DNA of 61,307 nt from Thermoplasmata archaeon (GTDB lineage Archaea; Thermoplasmatota; Thermoplasmata; Thermoplasmatales; GCA-001856825): the NCBI GenBank assembly GCA_049966795.1, contig JBMFTY010000004.1, positions 1-61,307 on the forward strand. Direction: 5' to 3'. The translations under genes were made by a program, and so were the position numbers. The notes beneath the pieces were generated by a model. The model worked only from the letters and a program-made list of their open reading frames with translations, made no database searches and had not been told where the DNA came from. Within the stretch, counting starts at the first letter, position 1. Each line of letters starts with the position of its first letter. Shown in pieces: positions 27,570 through 36,128 of this stretch.

Positions 27570-28303
27570 AGGTAATCGCCTTGCCCTTAATTGCTGTTGA
27601 AAGGAAGGAGAAGTTCGCTATAGTGGCGATAAACAGGCCGGAGAAGAAGAATGCTCTTTCCATAGATGTGCTCATGGAAATAAAAGATGCGCTGAAATCA
27701 CTCAGCGGGATGAATGCGCTCATTTTCAAAGGCTCAGGCGGCTTCTTCTCGGCCGGCGGAGACCTGGCCGTAATGTATTCCGCGGACAGGGAGCAGGGAA
27801 GGGAGTTCTCTAGAACGGGGAACCAGGTGATGGACCTCATAGAGGGTTATGAGGGCGTCACAATAGCGGCCATTGAGGGCGGAGCATACGGCGGCGGTTT
27901 AGAACTGGCCCTGAGCTGCGACATAAGGATTGCCGCGGAGAAAACGAAGCTCGGCCTCACAGAGGTCAATCTCGGCCTTTTCCCAGGGTGGGGCGGTATC
28001 AAGAGGATCCGCAAGATCGCTGGACCTGCCGCTGCCAGGTATGTTGCCCTCACGGGTACGGTGATGACAGGCAGCGAAGCGTTCAGGATGGGTCTGGTAT
28101 CGATGCTCTGTGATGACCCTCTCAGGTGCGCGGAGCAGCTTGCAGAATCCATTTCCACCAAATCCAGGGATAGCATCAGGTCAATCAAGCACCTTGTATC
28201 AAATGAACCGTACAACTCGGAGGAAGAATATCAGATGTTTGGAGACATACTCTGGTCTGATGCAGCCAGGGAGGCTCTTGCGAAATTCCTCAAGCTAAAG
28301 TGA
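27566..28303 (+). CDS. Enoyl-CoA hydratase/isomerase (crotonase family)
   Basis: 245 aa. AINRPEKKNALS, FSAGGDL, and GGGLELALSCDIRIA with the oxyanion-hole region. Confidence 0.85.
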   Translation: MKVIALPLIAVERKEKFAIVAINRPEKKNALSIDVLMEIKDALKSLSGMNALIFKGSGGFFSAGGDLAVMYSADREQGREFSRTGNQVMDLIEGYEGVTIAAIEGGAYGGGLELALSCDIRIAAEKTKLGLTEVNLGLFPGWGGIKRIRKIAGPAAARYVALTGTVMTGSEAFRMGLVSMLCDDPLRCAEQLAESISTKSRDSIRSIKHLVSNEPYNSEEEYQMFGDILWSDAAREALAKFLKLK

Positions 28304-30992
28304 TGGACGGCCTGCCAGGCAGGGCCTTTTCTCTCCCCTCATCGCTTATCTCTATCCTGATGCCCAGGAATCTCTCTATATCGCCCTTGTAAGTTTCAAT
28401 GGCCTCCCTCTCATTCCTGATCTTGGGTTCGAGACCCTTCCTCTTCATCAGCGCAACCAGAAATTCACGCGCTTCCCCTTTATTCTCCTTTATCATCTTC
28501 CCCAAGTTTTCTTTCCTAGATTTCTCGTAAAGGTCCCACTTCCAGTCCTCCGCGAGGGATATACTCATCACCGCAGGTTTCAGCCCTGAGACCTTCGTGA
28601 TGCTCCTGAAGTCCTCGAGCAAGGACTGGATGAAGTCCCACTGCCTCTCCCTTTCCTTGTACATGTTCACCATCGAGGGGAAGCGTTGAAGGGACGCAAA
28701 ACCCTTTCCTCCATAAATGGAGAACAGCTCTTCCGCAACGAATGGCATTATCGGGGAGAGCGAGAGGATCCATTCCTTTGCGAATTTCTTCACAGCTCTC
28801 AGTGCCCTCTCCCTTCCCGCGAAGTTTTCAAGGTCCCTTACGTCGTTGAGGGCGTTGAAGAATAGGTCCACTGCAACTTCCCTTATCTTCATCGCCTCGT
28901 AGTTTCCGGAGGCGGCGTTTATCCTGTCTGCCATCCTGGACACTATCCACATATCCCTATCCTCAGGTTCTTCTGTCACTGCCGACGCATCCACCAACGT
29001 CGTGAAGAGCTTTACGATCTTCTTTGAATAGTTCTCTACCTCGCTCGTCCTCCAGTCCACGTCGTACCAGACGTCGGCATTCGAAGCAAGGTACATCCTG
29101 AACAGGTCGGCGCCGTACTTTCTCTTGACGGTTAGGAGAGGGTACACATTCCCCTTGCTCTTGGACATCTTCTGCCCCTCGGAGATCACCATTCCCCCCG
29201 TTGAAATGCCGACGGGCCAGAACTCTTCTGGGAAAATCGCAACGTGGTTGAACAGATAGAATGTGAGGTGATTTGTTATGTGCGGGTAGCTGGTGTGTCT
29301 CAGGTCCACAGGATACCAGAAGCGGAACTCCTCCCTTGCAATATTCGCCAAAGCTCTCGTGTTTTCATCGAATTCAGCCCCGTCACCTTTTCCGAGGAAG
29401 ATGTATTCGAATAATTTCCCATCTACCTTCTCGACCCCAATCTTCCTGAGGTAGGGGATAACAGTGTAAACAGCGGTGTAAATAGTTGAGTCGCTCAGGC
29501 TCTCAATGACCCACTCCCTGTCCATGGGGAGTCTCGTCCCGAGCCCTCTCCTCCTGGCGCAGGGCCTCTCCCTTATCCAGTCGACGGTCTGCATGAACTG
29601 ATTCCTCAAGCTGTCCGGTTTGAGCATCATCCTTGAGAGAAGCTCCCTGACCTCGTTCTTCCAATCCTCAAGGGAGTAATCTATGAACCACTGGTTCTTG
29701 ATGACCGCGACTATCACCCTGTTCCCCTCCCTCGTTTCAGCCTTCCTGGACGTCTCGTAAACCGGGATAGCAATTCCTCCGTTCACGAGGTCTTGGATTA
29801 TCCTATCTTTCACATCCCTGACAAGGGAACCCTGGTATTCGCCCCTCACTATCTTCCCGTGGTAGAACTCCTGCTCGTAAACGTACTTGGTAGCCTCCTC
29901 CAGCTTCTCCCTGTCTTGGAGGCCACCAATTGAATACCTCTTCCTTACCTCCTCCATGTCCATGGATTCTTCGGTATCTATGACTTTGATGTACTGCAGT
30001 TTCTTCCCTATCTCAAGGAGGGCAACATGATCCCATATGGAGTGTGAAGGGACCGAATAATCGATCCCCGTCCCTATTTCCGGGTCAACGAAGATCCCCG
30101 GATACACGGGTATCTCCCTGGAATGAAGCGGCTCCTTAACATTTTTTCCAATGATCTCCTTTGGATCCACGAATGAAAGGAATTCGGCATCCCTCTGGTG
30201 CTTAAGCTTCTGAAGCGCCTCGCTGCTCACGATGAACCTCTTCCCGTCCATCCTTATCCTCACGTATCTTGCCTCAGGATTAATGAAAAGGTTCGTCACG
30301 CCCTCCAGCGTTTCCGGGCGGAGGGTTGATGCAATCAGTATGTCATCTCCAAAATAGAAGAAGACCCCGGTGAACTGCGTTATGGAAACCTTGTCCGTGT
30401 CGCCCTCAAGGATGTCATCCTCCCCGACCGGATTTCCCTCAATGGGATCGTAGAGCAACGGGTAGTCGCCCTGCTTTATCAAACCCTTCTTCAGAAGGAT
30501 GGAGAACTGCCACTCCACGAATTTGTTGTATATCGCCTCCCCTGAAGTGAATTTTCTCGTCCAGTCAATGGAGAAGCCCATGTTCATGAAATCGTTTATT
30601 ATCTTGTCTGAGAAGTATTCCGCAATCCTTTCCGGTTTAGAGAACTGCGAAACTAGCTCAGGATCATCCCCATAGAGCTCCAGATAGCTGCGGTAGAGGT
30701 TTATCGTAGCCTGATCGCCACCCTCTATCTTCTTGCTGAAGGCAAGTATCGGGGTGCCCGAAATGTGGAAGCCCATGGGGTAAAGCACGTTATACCCTGC
30801 CATTCTCTTGTACCTTGCAACTATGTCCCCTATAGTGTAAGTTCTACCGTGGCCGATGTGAAGGGCGCCGTTGCAGTATGGCCATGGGACCGTGATTAGG
30901 AATTTCTTACCGCCCCGCTTTGGCTGGAATACCCTTTCCTCTTCCCACCTTCTTTTCCATTTCTCTTCAATTGTATTGAAATCGTATTCCAT
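28290..30992 (-). CDS. leuS: Leucyl-tRNA synthetase (archaeal type)
   Basis: 900 aa. PYCNGALHIGHGRTY (HIGH motif), KMSKSKGN (KMSKS motif), and an editing-domain insertion. Confidence 0.93.
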   Translation of the reverse strand: MEYDFNTIEEKWKRRWEEERVFQPKRGGKKFLITVPWPYCNGALHIGHGRTYTIGDIVARYKRMAGYNVLYPMGFHISGTPILAFSKKIEGGDQATINLYRSYLELYGDDPELVSQFSKPERIAEYFSDKIINDFMNMGFSIDWTRKFTSGEAIYNKFVEWQFSILLKKGLIKQGDYPLLYDPIEGNPVGEDDILEGDTDKVSITQFTGVFFYFGDDILIASTLRPETLEGVTNLFINPEARYVRIRMDGKRFIVSSEALQKLKHQRDAEFLSFVDPKEIIGKNVKEPLHSREIPVYPGIFVDPEIGTGIDYSVPSHSIWDHVALLEIGKKLQYIKVIDTEESMDMEEVRKRYSIGGLQDREKLEEATKYVYEQEFYHGKIVRGEYQGSLVRDVKDRIIQDLVNGGIAIPVYETSRKAETREGNRVIVAVIKNQWFIDYSLEDWKNEVRELLSRMMLKPDSLRNQFMQTVDWIRERPCARRRGLGTRLPMDREWVIESLSDSTIYTAVYTVIPYLRKIGVEKVDGKLFEYIFLGKGDGAEFDENTRALANIAREEFRFWYPVDLRHTSYPHITNHLTFYLFNHVAIFPEEFWPVGISTGGMVISEGQKMSKSKGNVYPLLTVKRKYGADLFRMYLASNADVWYDVDWRTSEVENYSKKIVKLFTTLVDASAVTEEPEDRDMWIVSRMADRINAASGNYEAMKIREVAVDLFFNALNDVRDLENFAGRERALRAVKKFAKEWILSLSPIMPFVAEELFSIYGGKGFASLQRFPSMVNMYKERERQWDFIQSLLEDFRSITKVSGLKPAVMSISLAEDWKWDLYEKSRKENLGKMIKENKGEAREFLVALMKRKGLEPKIRNEREAIETYKGDIERFLGIRIEISDEGREKALPGRPSITLA

Positions 30993-31001
30993 CTCTGCAC
31001 C

Positions 31002-31544
31002 CTAGCCGAGAACCATCACTGCAGCTGCAACGACCGTCGTCCACTCGTCCTTCACCTTCACTGTGGAAGAGGACGTGACATTCGTAGTAAGAAGAATTGC
31101 ATCGTTCAGCCTGTATTCGCCCTTCTCACCCACTTGGTACGATTCAAGACCCATGGTGCTTGCGAGCATCTCGGCAGCGAGCTCCTCCGCAAATTTTCCA
31201 GAGGCCTCGGGAGTTTCGCCGAAGCTGTGATGCTCACTGAGGTACCCGTACATGGTCCTGTTCCTCGGTATCGCCAGGCCAACTGAAGCGGTTATAAGCC
31301 TGTTCAGCTCGTTCGAACTGTTTCTGGCCATGACTACGAAAAGTATCTGCCCCGCCTTTAGTTCCTTCAGACCCTCTTCCTTGTCAACAAGTTCAGCGTA
31401 AGGGGGGAAAATGGAACTCACCTCAACGAGATTGTACTTTGCAATCCCAGCGCTCCTGAGGGCGTTTTCAAAGGAACCAAGCTGGCTTCTGTGCGTGCCG
31501 ACGCCACTGACGAAGAAAACCTTGCGTGGAATCATCTGAGCCAT
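31002..31544 (-). CDS. pdaD: Pyruvoyl-dependent arginine decarboxylase
   Basis: 180 aa. IPRKVFFVSGVG...FENALRSAGIAKYNLVEVSSIFPP matches PdaD, including the SS self-cleavage site. Confidence 0.85.
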   Translation of the reverse strand: MAQMIPRKVFFVSGVGTHRSQLGSFENALRSAGIAKYNLVEVSSIFPPYAELVDKEEGLKELKAGQILFVVMARNSSNELNRLITASVGLAIPRNRTMYGYLSEHHSFGETPEASGKFAEELAAEMLASTMGLESYQVGEKGEYRLNDAILLTTNVTSSSTVKVKDEWTTVVAAAVMVLG

Positions 31545-31610
31545 TGCATAGGTGAATTACAACACTTCTTAATCCTTTTTTCTAAAGTCTCGGTTTCATT
31601 AGCGGTTCTC

Positions 31611-31634
31611 ATTACGTAATGTTTAATAACATTA
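31611..31634. promoter_or_regulatory. Overlapping AT-rich palindromes, candidate operator for the downstream DtxR-family repressor
   Basis: ATTACGTAAT (31611..31620) is a perfect 10-bp palindrome. TAATGTT-TAAT-AACATTA (31617..31634) has 7-bp inverted arms. The element ends 15 nt before ATG 31650 and overlaps the expected TATA/TSS region. Confidence 0.45.
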
Positions 31635-31649
31635 GCTCAATACTAACAA

Positions 31650-32066
31650 ATGAAATATCAGGCTAAAGAGATCACAAGGAGGGAGAGGGACTGCCTCATG
31701 ATACTGGCAGAGAACATCAAGGGGGAGTTTCCTCTCAGGCTTCACGAGATAGCGAAGATGCTGAGGGTGAAGCCGCCAACCGCACTCGGCATCATCAAAA
31801 GGCTGGAGAAGAAGGGGCTAACTGAATCGAAGGATGGGATGGTACAGCTTACCGAGAGAGGAAACAAGGCCGTCTGCGATATCATGCTGATTCACAGAAC
31901 CTTTGAGACATTGCTGTGCAGGAATGGTCTGGAGGAGAACGAGGCATGCAAGGAAGCGGCCAAGGTTGATTTTCTCCTGAACGAGGGGGATGCAGAGCTC
32001 ATCCTCAAGAACATCGGAGATCCCAAGACCTGCCCGCACGGCAGGCCGATCAGACTGGGGGTGTAG
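31650..32066 (+). CDS. DtxR/MntR-family metal-dependent transcriptional repressor
   Basis: 138 aa. N-terminal wHTH (LHEIAKMLRVKPPTALGIIKRLEKKGL), dimerisation/metal domain, and C-terminal CPHGRPI typical of the family. Confidence 0.8.
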   Translation: MKYQAKEITRRERDCLMILAENIKGEFPLRLHEIAKMLRVKPPTALGIIKRLEKKGLTESKDGMVQLTERGNKAVCDIMLIHRTFETLLCRNGLEENEACKEAAKVDFLLNEGDAELILKNIGDPKTCPHGRPIRLGV

Positions 32067-32068
32067 CC

Positions 32069-32995
32069 ATGTTCTCGATTTCGCTCCTCCTCAATCCACC
32101 TGCAGGCCTTTCCGTGTTCATAATACTCATCATAGCCCTGATCCTGGGAATGCTCCACGGGATAACGCCGGACGAACATACCTGGCCGATAACGTTCAGC
32201 TATTCAGTCGGAAGCTACAGTTCAAGGGGCGGGATGAAGGCAGGTTTCACGTTCTCGGCGGGCTTCACCATACAGAGAGCTATTCTGACCAGCCTCGGAT
32301 TCGCGGGACTCGCCTACATCTATGAAAAATTCAACCTTGATGGGTATGTTTACATGGTCGTGGGCATTGTGATGCTCGTGGTTGGCTATTACATCCTCAA
32401 GGGGACGGATCCTCACATACCCCTTGACAAGCTGTTCGGAGGCTCTATACATCACTCAACAAAGGCGGAGAGGGTCCCAATGCAGGAGGTAGAGAACGTT
32501 GCAAAGCCCATACCTCTCAAGATGGCCCTGGTTCACGGGTTCATAGCGGGATGGGGTTTCGGGGGTTTTGCCACGATAATAACGTTCATCCTGGCACCCC
32601 AGATGCCAAATGTCTACTACGCTGCGCTCGTGGGCCTGATGTTCGGCATCGGGACAATGATAATGCAGGTCGTGATAGGCGCGCTGTTCGCCAGCATAAT
32701 GCGCATAAAGAAGCTAAGCGTTGATCAGATAAAGTACGTCGGCCGCTCCACCGCTGCAAAAACCCTTTACTACGGTGGCATAGCGTTTGCGGTCATAGGG
32801 GCGGTAATAGCTGCTTTCCCTTCAATAGAGAACTACGCCATAAGCACGGGAAATCCGATACCGAATCTCAATTCCCTGGGAATAGCGACGTTCCTCGTGA
32901 TACTTGTTGTAGGTGTCATAGGCATCGGAAGCATGTACAGGAGCTACAGGAAGGTGACGAGGTCAAGAAGGGCTTCAATGGAAGTGGCCAAATGA
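32069..32995 (+). CDS. Putative divalent-metal transporter membrane protein (HX4DXH motif, NiCoT/NicO-like)
   Basis: 308-aa polytopic protein. TM1 carries LHGITPDEHTW, close to the NiCoT HX4DH signature. A second half-repeat carries VHGFIAGWGFGG. It starts 3 nt after the repressor stop. Confidence 0.5.
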   Translation: MFSISLLLNPPAGLSVFIILIIALILGMLHGITPDEHTWPITFSYSVGSYSSRGGMKAGFTFSAGFTIQRAILTSLGFAGLAYIYEKFNLDGYVYMVVGIVMLVVGYYILKGTDPHIPLDKLFGGSIHHSTKAERVPMQEVENVAKPIPLKMALVHGFIAGWGFGGFATIITFILAPQMPNVYYAALVGLMFGIGTMIMQVVIGALFASIMRIKKLSVDQIKYVGRSTAAKTLYYGGIAFAVIGAVIAAFPSIENYAISTGNPIPNLNSLGIATFLVILVVGVIGIGSMYRSYRKVTRSRRASMEVAK

Positions 32996-33058
32996 ACTGA
33001 AAAATGTGGATAATTGTCGTTGGGGAAACGTTTTATACAGGTTACCATTGAAACCCAA

Positions 33059-33526
33059 ATGCGGGGTACACCCAACATATCCAAAATACTCGTAGTGGGA
33101 CCTAGGGGATCCGGAAAGACAAGCCTGATATGCAGGATTGTCTTTGATTCCCTTGAAGAGTGCGTCCAGGTCCCCGGCCAGTTCATGAAATACAACTACA
33201 TTTCCGAAGATGGAGGTACCGTGCAGTTCCTGTTCAAGGAGGTCAATTTCCTTCCGGCTCCGGAGAAGAAGGCCGGCTACATCCTGACCCTGGACTCGAA
33301 CAACAAGGGTGACCTCGATTCCCTTCCAAAGATAGTGGAGATGATATCGGACAAGGGCTACATAATAGCGCTCTGCAAATCGGACCTTCATTACTCCGCG
33401 GCCTTCTGGACAGATGATGTGAGGAGCGTGGTGGGGAAGGGGGTGGAGATAGTTCCTGTTTCATCCGTCACAGGGGAGAACATCCCTCTTCTCGTCCAAA
33501 AACTCATCAAGATGGTGTCCCCGTAG
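33059..33526 (+). CDS. Small P-loop GTPase-like protein with degenerate G3 motif
   Basis: Start taken at MRGTPNISKILVVGPRGSGKTS (the ORF opens at TTG 33014). G1 is GPRGSGKT, a G4-like CKSD is present, and a G5-like SSV is present. No DxxG is visible after beta3 (FLFKEVNF). Confidence 0.6.
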   Translation: MRGTPNISKILVVGPRGSGKTSLICRIVFDSLEECVQVPGQFMKYNYISEDGGTVQFLFKEVNFLPAPEKKAGYILTLDSNNKGDLDSLPKIVEMISDKGYIIALCKSDLHYSAAFWTDDVRSVVGKGVEIVPVSSVTGENIPLLVQKLIKMVSP

Positions 33527-34210
33527 ATGATCGCCGGTGTTCTCAGGGGGAGGAGCGTTCTCATAGAGGACGAGAGGAGCGCGTCAAGGCTGAGGAACAG
33601 GGGCTATCTTGGCAAAAACATCGGAACCATGCTCCTCCTCAATCTACCGGTGGCCCTGTACCTCGTCCGATCAGGAAAGATGGAGGTAACTGCACAGGGA
33701 AGGCGCGTGGGGGAGGAAGAACTAAAATCGAGGATGAGCGGGGACGAGGTCAAGCTTTTTCAGGCATATTCCTGTCTAAGAAGGGGAGGGAAAAATCCTG
33801 TTTTCCGAGGGAGGAAACTCATGTGGAACAGTCTCGGCGTGATGCCTTTCTGCGGAACTGAAAGGATTGATCTTTCAGTCCTTGCGAGGAGGGGGTATGT
33901 CCTTGTACTGGATGATGGGGGGTGCATCCTGTATTCCTATGAGTTGCTCTTCCGGGGTGAGGGGAGGAGCCTGCGGTCTTTTCTCGAAGCTCGAGGATTC
34001 AGGGTTGAAAGCGGCCTGAAGTACGGCTGCGAATACAGGCTTTACGAAAGCATCCCCCACGCAAGTTTCCTTTTGAACCGTGAAACGAAACCAAGGGCTA
34101 AGGACATAGTTGCACGCGTTAGAATTGCGCATTCCGTGAGAAAAACTTATGTCCAGGTTGCTAAGGTCGAGGGGGAATTTCTGGGATACAGTTTCCAATG
34201 GATCAGGTGA
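33527..34210 (+). CDS. endA: tRNA-splicing endonuclease
   Basis: 227 aa. IAGVLRGRSVLIED...LNLPVALYLVRSGKMEV, GLKYGCEYRLYE...HASFLL and RVRIAHSVRK align by eye with the M. jannaschii EndA catalytic Tyr/His/Lys regions. The ATG directly abuts the GTPase stop (TAG-ATG). Confidence 0.85.
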   Translation: MIAGVLRGRSVLIEDERSASRLRNRGYLGKNIGTMLLLNLPVALYLVRSGKMEVTAQGRRVGEEELKSRMSGDEVKLFQAYSCLRRGGKNPVFRGRKLMWNSLGVMPFCGTERIDLSVLARRGYVLVLDDGGCILYSYELLFRGEGRSLRSFLEARGFRVESGLKYGCEYRLYESIPHASFLLNRETKPRAKDIVARVRIAHSVRKTYVQVAKVEGEFLGYSFQWIR

Positions 34211-34685
34211 TCTTCCTCTTCCTTCTTGGATACCTCTTCAGCTCGCTCCCGCAGTGAGGGCAAAGCCTCAGGTTCGAGGAATACCTTCTTCCGCACCCCG
34301 TGCACCTGTAACCCCATCTTATCTCATCCCCTATAACCTTCCCCTTGAAAGATTCGTATTTCAGCCCAAGAAGCCTGCATACGTTCTGCACGGCAAGATC
34401 GTTCGTGAGAACGATAGCCTCGTTCTCCAGTGCCAGTGCTACCACGTCGATATCCGTGGCGCTTAACTCAGTTTCCTCGCCTGTCCGGGAAGCGGTCTGC
34501 CGCACCCTCCTCCTAGTTTCCTCGCTTGGTTCTGTCACCGTGAGAAAATTAATTCTCATCTCGATGCTCTCCCTCATTCCCCTCCCCCTGATCTCGCGGA
34601 GAACAGATTCCGCGGTGAGATAATCGTTTGACCCGTCGGGAAGAAAGCCGCTGAAGAATGATGACGTGTCAACTACTACCTTCAT
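34203..34685 (-). CDS. nob1: Nob1-like PIN-domain endonuclease with C-terminal zinc ribbon
   Basis: Start taken at MKVVVDTSSFFSG (PIN Asp). The protein has LTNDLAVQNV and a C-terminal CTGCGRRY...CPHCGSEL ribbon. Confidence 0.8.
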   Translation of the reverse strand: MKVVVDTSSFFSGFLPDGSNDYLTAESVLREIRGRGMRESIEMRINFLTVTEPSEETRRRVRQTASRTGEETELSATDIDVVALALENEAIVLTNDLAVQNVCRLLGLKYESFKGKVIGDEIRWGYRCTGCGRRYSSNLRLCPHCGSELKRYPRRKRKIT

Positions 34686-35301
34686 GCTCCCTCCAGTATC
34701 TGCACACATGCCTTAGAGAACAAACGTCGCATCTGGGCCTCAAGGGTCTGCATATCCTCTTCCCAAAGGAAACGAAGTAGGAATTCACCTCGTTCCACCT
34801 CTCCCTCCTTATCTTTCTCTTCAGGGCCGCCTCTGTCTTTTCAGGCACCCTTGATCTTGAGAGGCCGAGTCTGAAGGAAATTCTCTGCACGTGGGTATCC
34901 ACTGCTATCGCATCCTTTCCGAGGCCGTAGGAGAGGACTATGCCAGCTACCTTCCTCCCAACCCCAGGTATCTCCAGCAGATCCCCCATCCTTTCTGGAA
35001 CATTTCCCCCGTATTTCTCCATGATGATCTTCGCTGCGTTAACGATGGAGGCAGCCTTTGCTCTGTAGAATCCCACCGGCTTTATGAGATTCCTCACCTC
35101 CTCTACCCTGGCCCCCGCAAGGTCCCCGGCTGTTGGAAACCTGCAGAACAGCCTAAGGCTTGCCCGGTCGGTGACCTCGTCCTTCGTCCTCGTGGACATT
35201 ATTGCCGTGACAAGAATCCTGAATGGGTCGTCCCAGATTCCCCTGTGGGGAGGAACCATCTTCTCTATCTCGTCCAGGATGAAGTCCCCTTTGCAGAGCA
35301 T
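34669..35301 (-). CDS. nth: Endonuclease III (HhH-GPD DNA glycosylase, 4Fe-4S)
   Basis: 210 aa. LEIPGVGRKVAGIVL HhH motif, AVDTHV catalytic Asp region, and CRPLRPRCDVCSLRHVC cluster loop. Confidence 0.88.
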   Translation of the reverse strand: MLCKGDFILDEIEKMVPPHRGIWDDPFRILVTAIMSTRTKDEVTDRASLRLFCRFPTAGDLAGARVEEVRNLIKPVGFYRAKAASIVNAAKIIMEKYGGNVPERMGDLLEIPGVGRKVAGIVLSYGLGKDAIAVDTHVQRISFRLGLSRSRVPEKTEAALKRKIRRERWNEVNSYFVSFGKRICRPLRPRCDVCSLRHVCRYWREHEGSS

Positions 35302-35382
35302 CTAACGTTTAACGCATCCTTGTTATAAAATTTAGCAAGCCGAGAGAAATCACTTTTATACAATTAGGAGTTATCTTCAAGC

Positions 35383-35853
35383 ATGGACAGATCGTCCGGC
35401 GGGGTACTCCCCATTTCGAAGCTGATTGTTGCCATTGACGGGACGAAGCCGTCAATGCGAGCCCTAGACATGGGCATTAGCCTTGCGAAGCTTGGAAAAA
35501 ACATAGAGATGCACATCGTCATGGTCATACCCTATCCCGTGCAGTATGTTACCGGAGAGAATCCTACGGGTGACTTGACCATCGTTGAAAGGCTTGCGAC
35601 CCTGAAGGAAAAGGGGGAAACGATACTGAACCACGCGAAGGACTACTCCATTTCTAACGGAGTCATGAACGTGAAGATCTACCTGAAGCAGGGGGATCCT
35701 GCAAAGGAGATATTGGAGCTTGCGGATTCACTTAAGCCTGATATGATAGTCATAGGGAACAGGAGGAGGGGGTTCCTGAGGGGGGTATTCTTTGGTTCCG
35801 TCAGCCAGCGCGTTGCAGCGAACTCAAAGTGTGCGGTTCTGGTGGTGAAGTGA
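35383..35853 (+). CDS. Universal stress protein (UspA family)
   Basis: 156 aa. ILVAIDGT-like start, DMIVIGNRRRG, GSVSQRVAANSKCAVLVV. Confidence 0.85.
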   Translation: MDRSSGGVLPISKLIVAIDGTKPSMRALDMGISLAKLGKNIEMHIVMVIPYPVQYVTGENPTGDLTIVERLATLKEKGETILNHAKDYSISNGVMNVKIYLKQGDPAKEILELADSLKPDMIVIGNRRRGFLRGVFFGSVSQRVAANSKCAVLVVK

Positions 35854-35856
35854 TAT

Positions 35857-36102
35857 ATGAAGGAATTTCACAACTTCAGCCTGAAGGAGGGATCAAGGGT
35901 AAAGGTCGTTCTGAGGTCGGGGGACGAGAGCATCACGATAGATGGGGAATTCAAGGGCCTTTCGGACACGTTGCAGCCCCTGCTTTACGTCTCAAGCGGG
36001 AAGAAGAGCTATCTTGTGAACATGCTTGATATCATTTACATCGAGACGGAGGAGGAGCTCGAAGAAGTGGAAAGCAGCAAGAAGACGGATTACCTTTTTT
36101 AG
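35857..36102 (+). CDS. Hypothetical small protein, possible Sm-like beta-barrel with acidic tail
   Basis: 81 aa, starting 3 nt after the usp stop. GSRVKVVLRSGDESITIDGEFKG...LVNMLDIIYIE loosely resembles Sm1/Sm2 spacing. This is a weak call. Confidence 0.4.
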   Translation: MKEFHNFSLKEGSRVKVVLRSGDESITIDGEFKGLSDTLQPLLYVSSGKKSYLVNMLDIIYIETEEELEEVESSKKTDYLF

Positions 36103-36128
36103 CAGGAGCGTCCACATTTGACCCTTTG

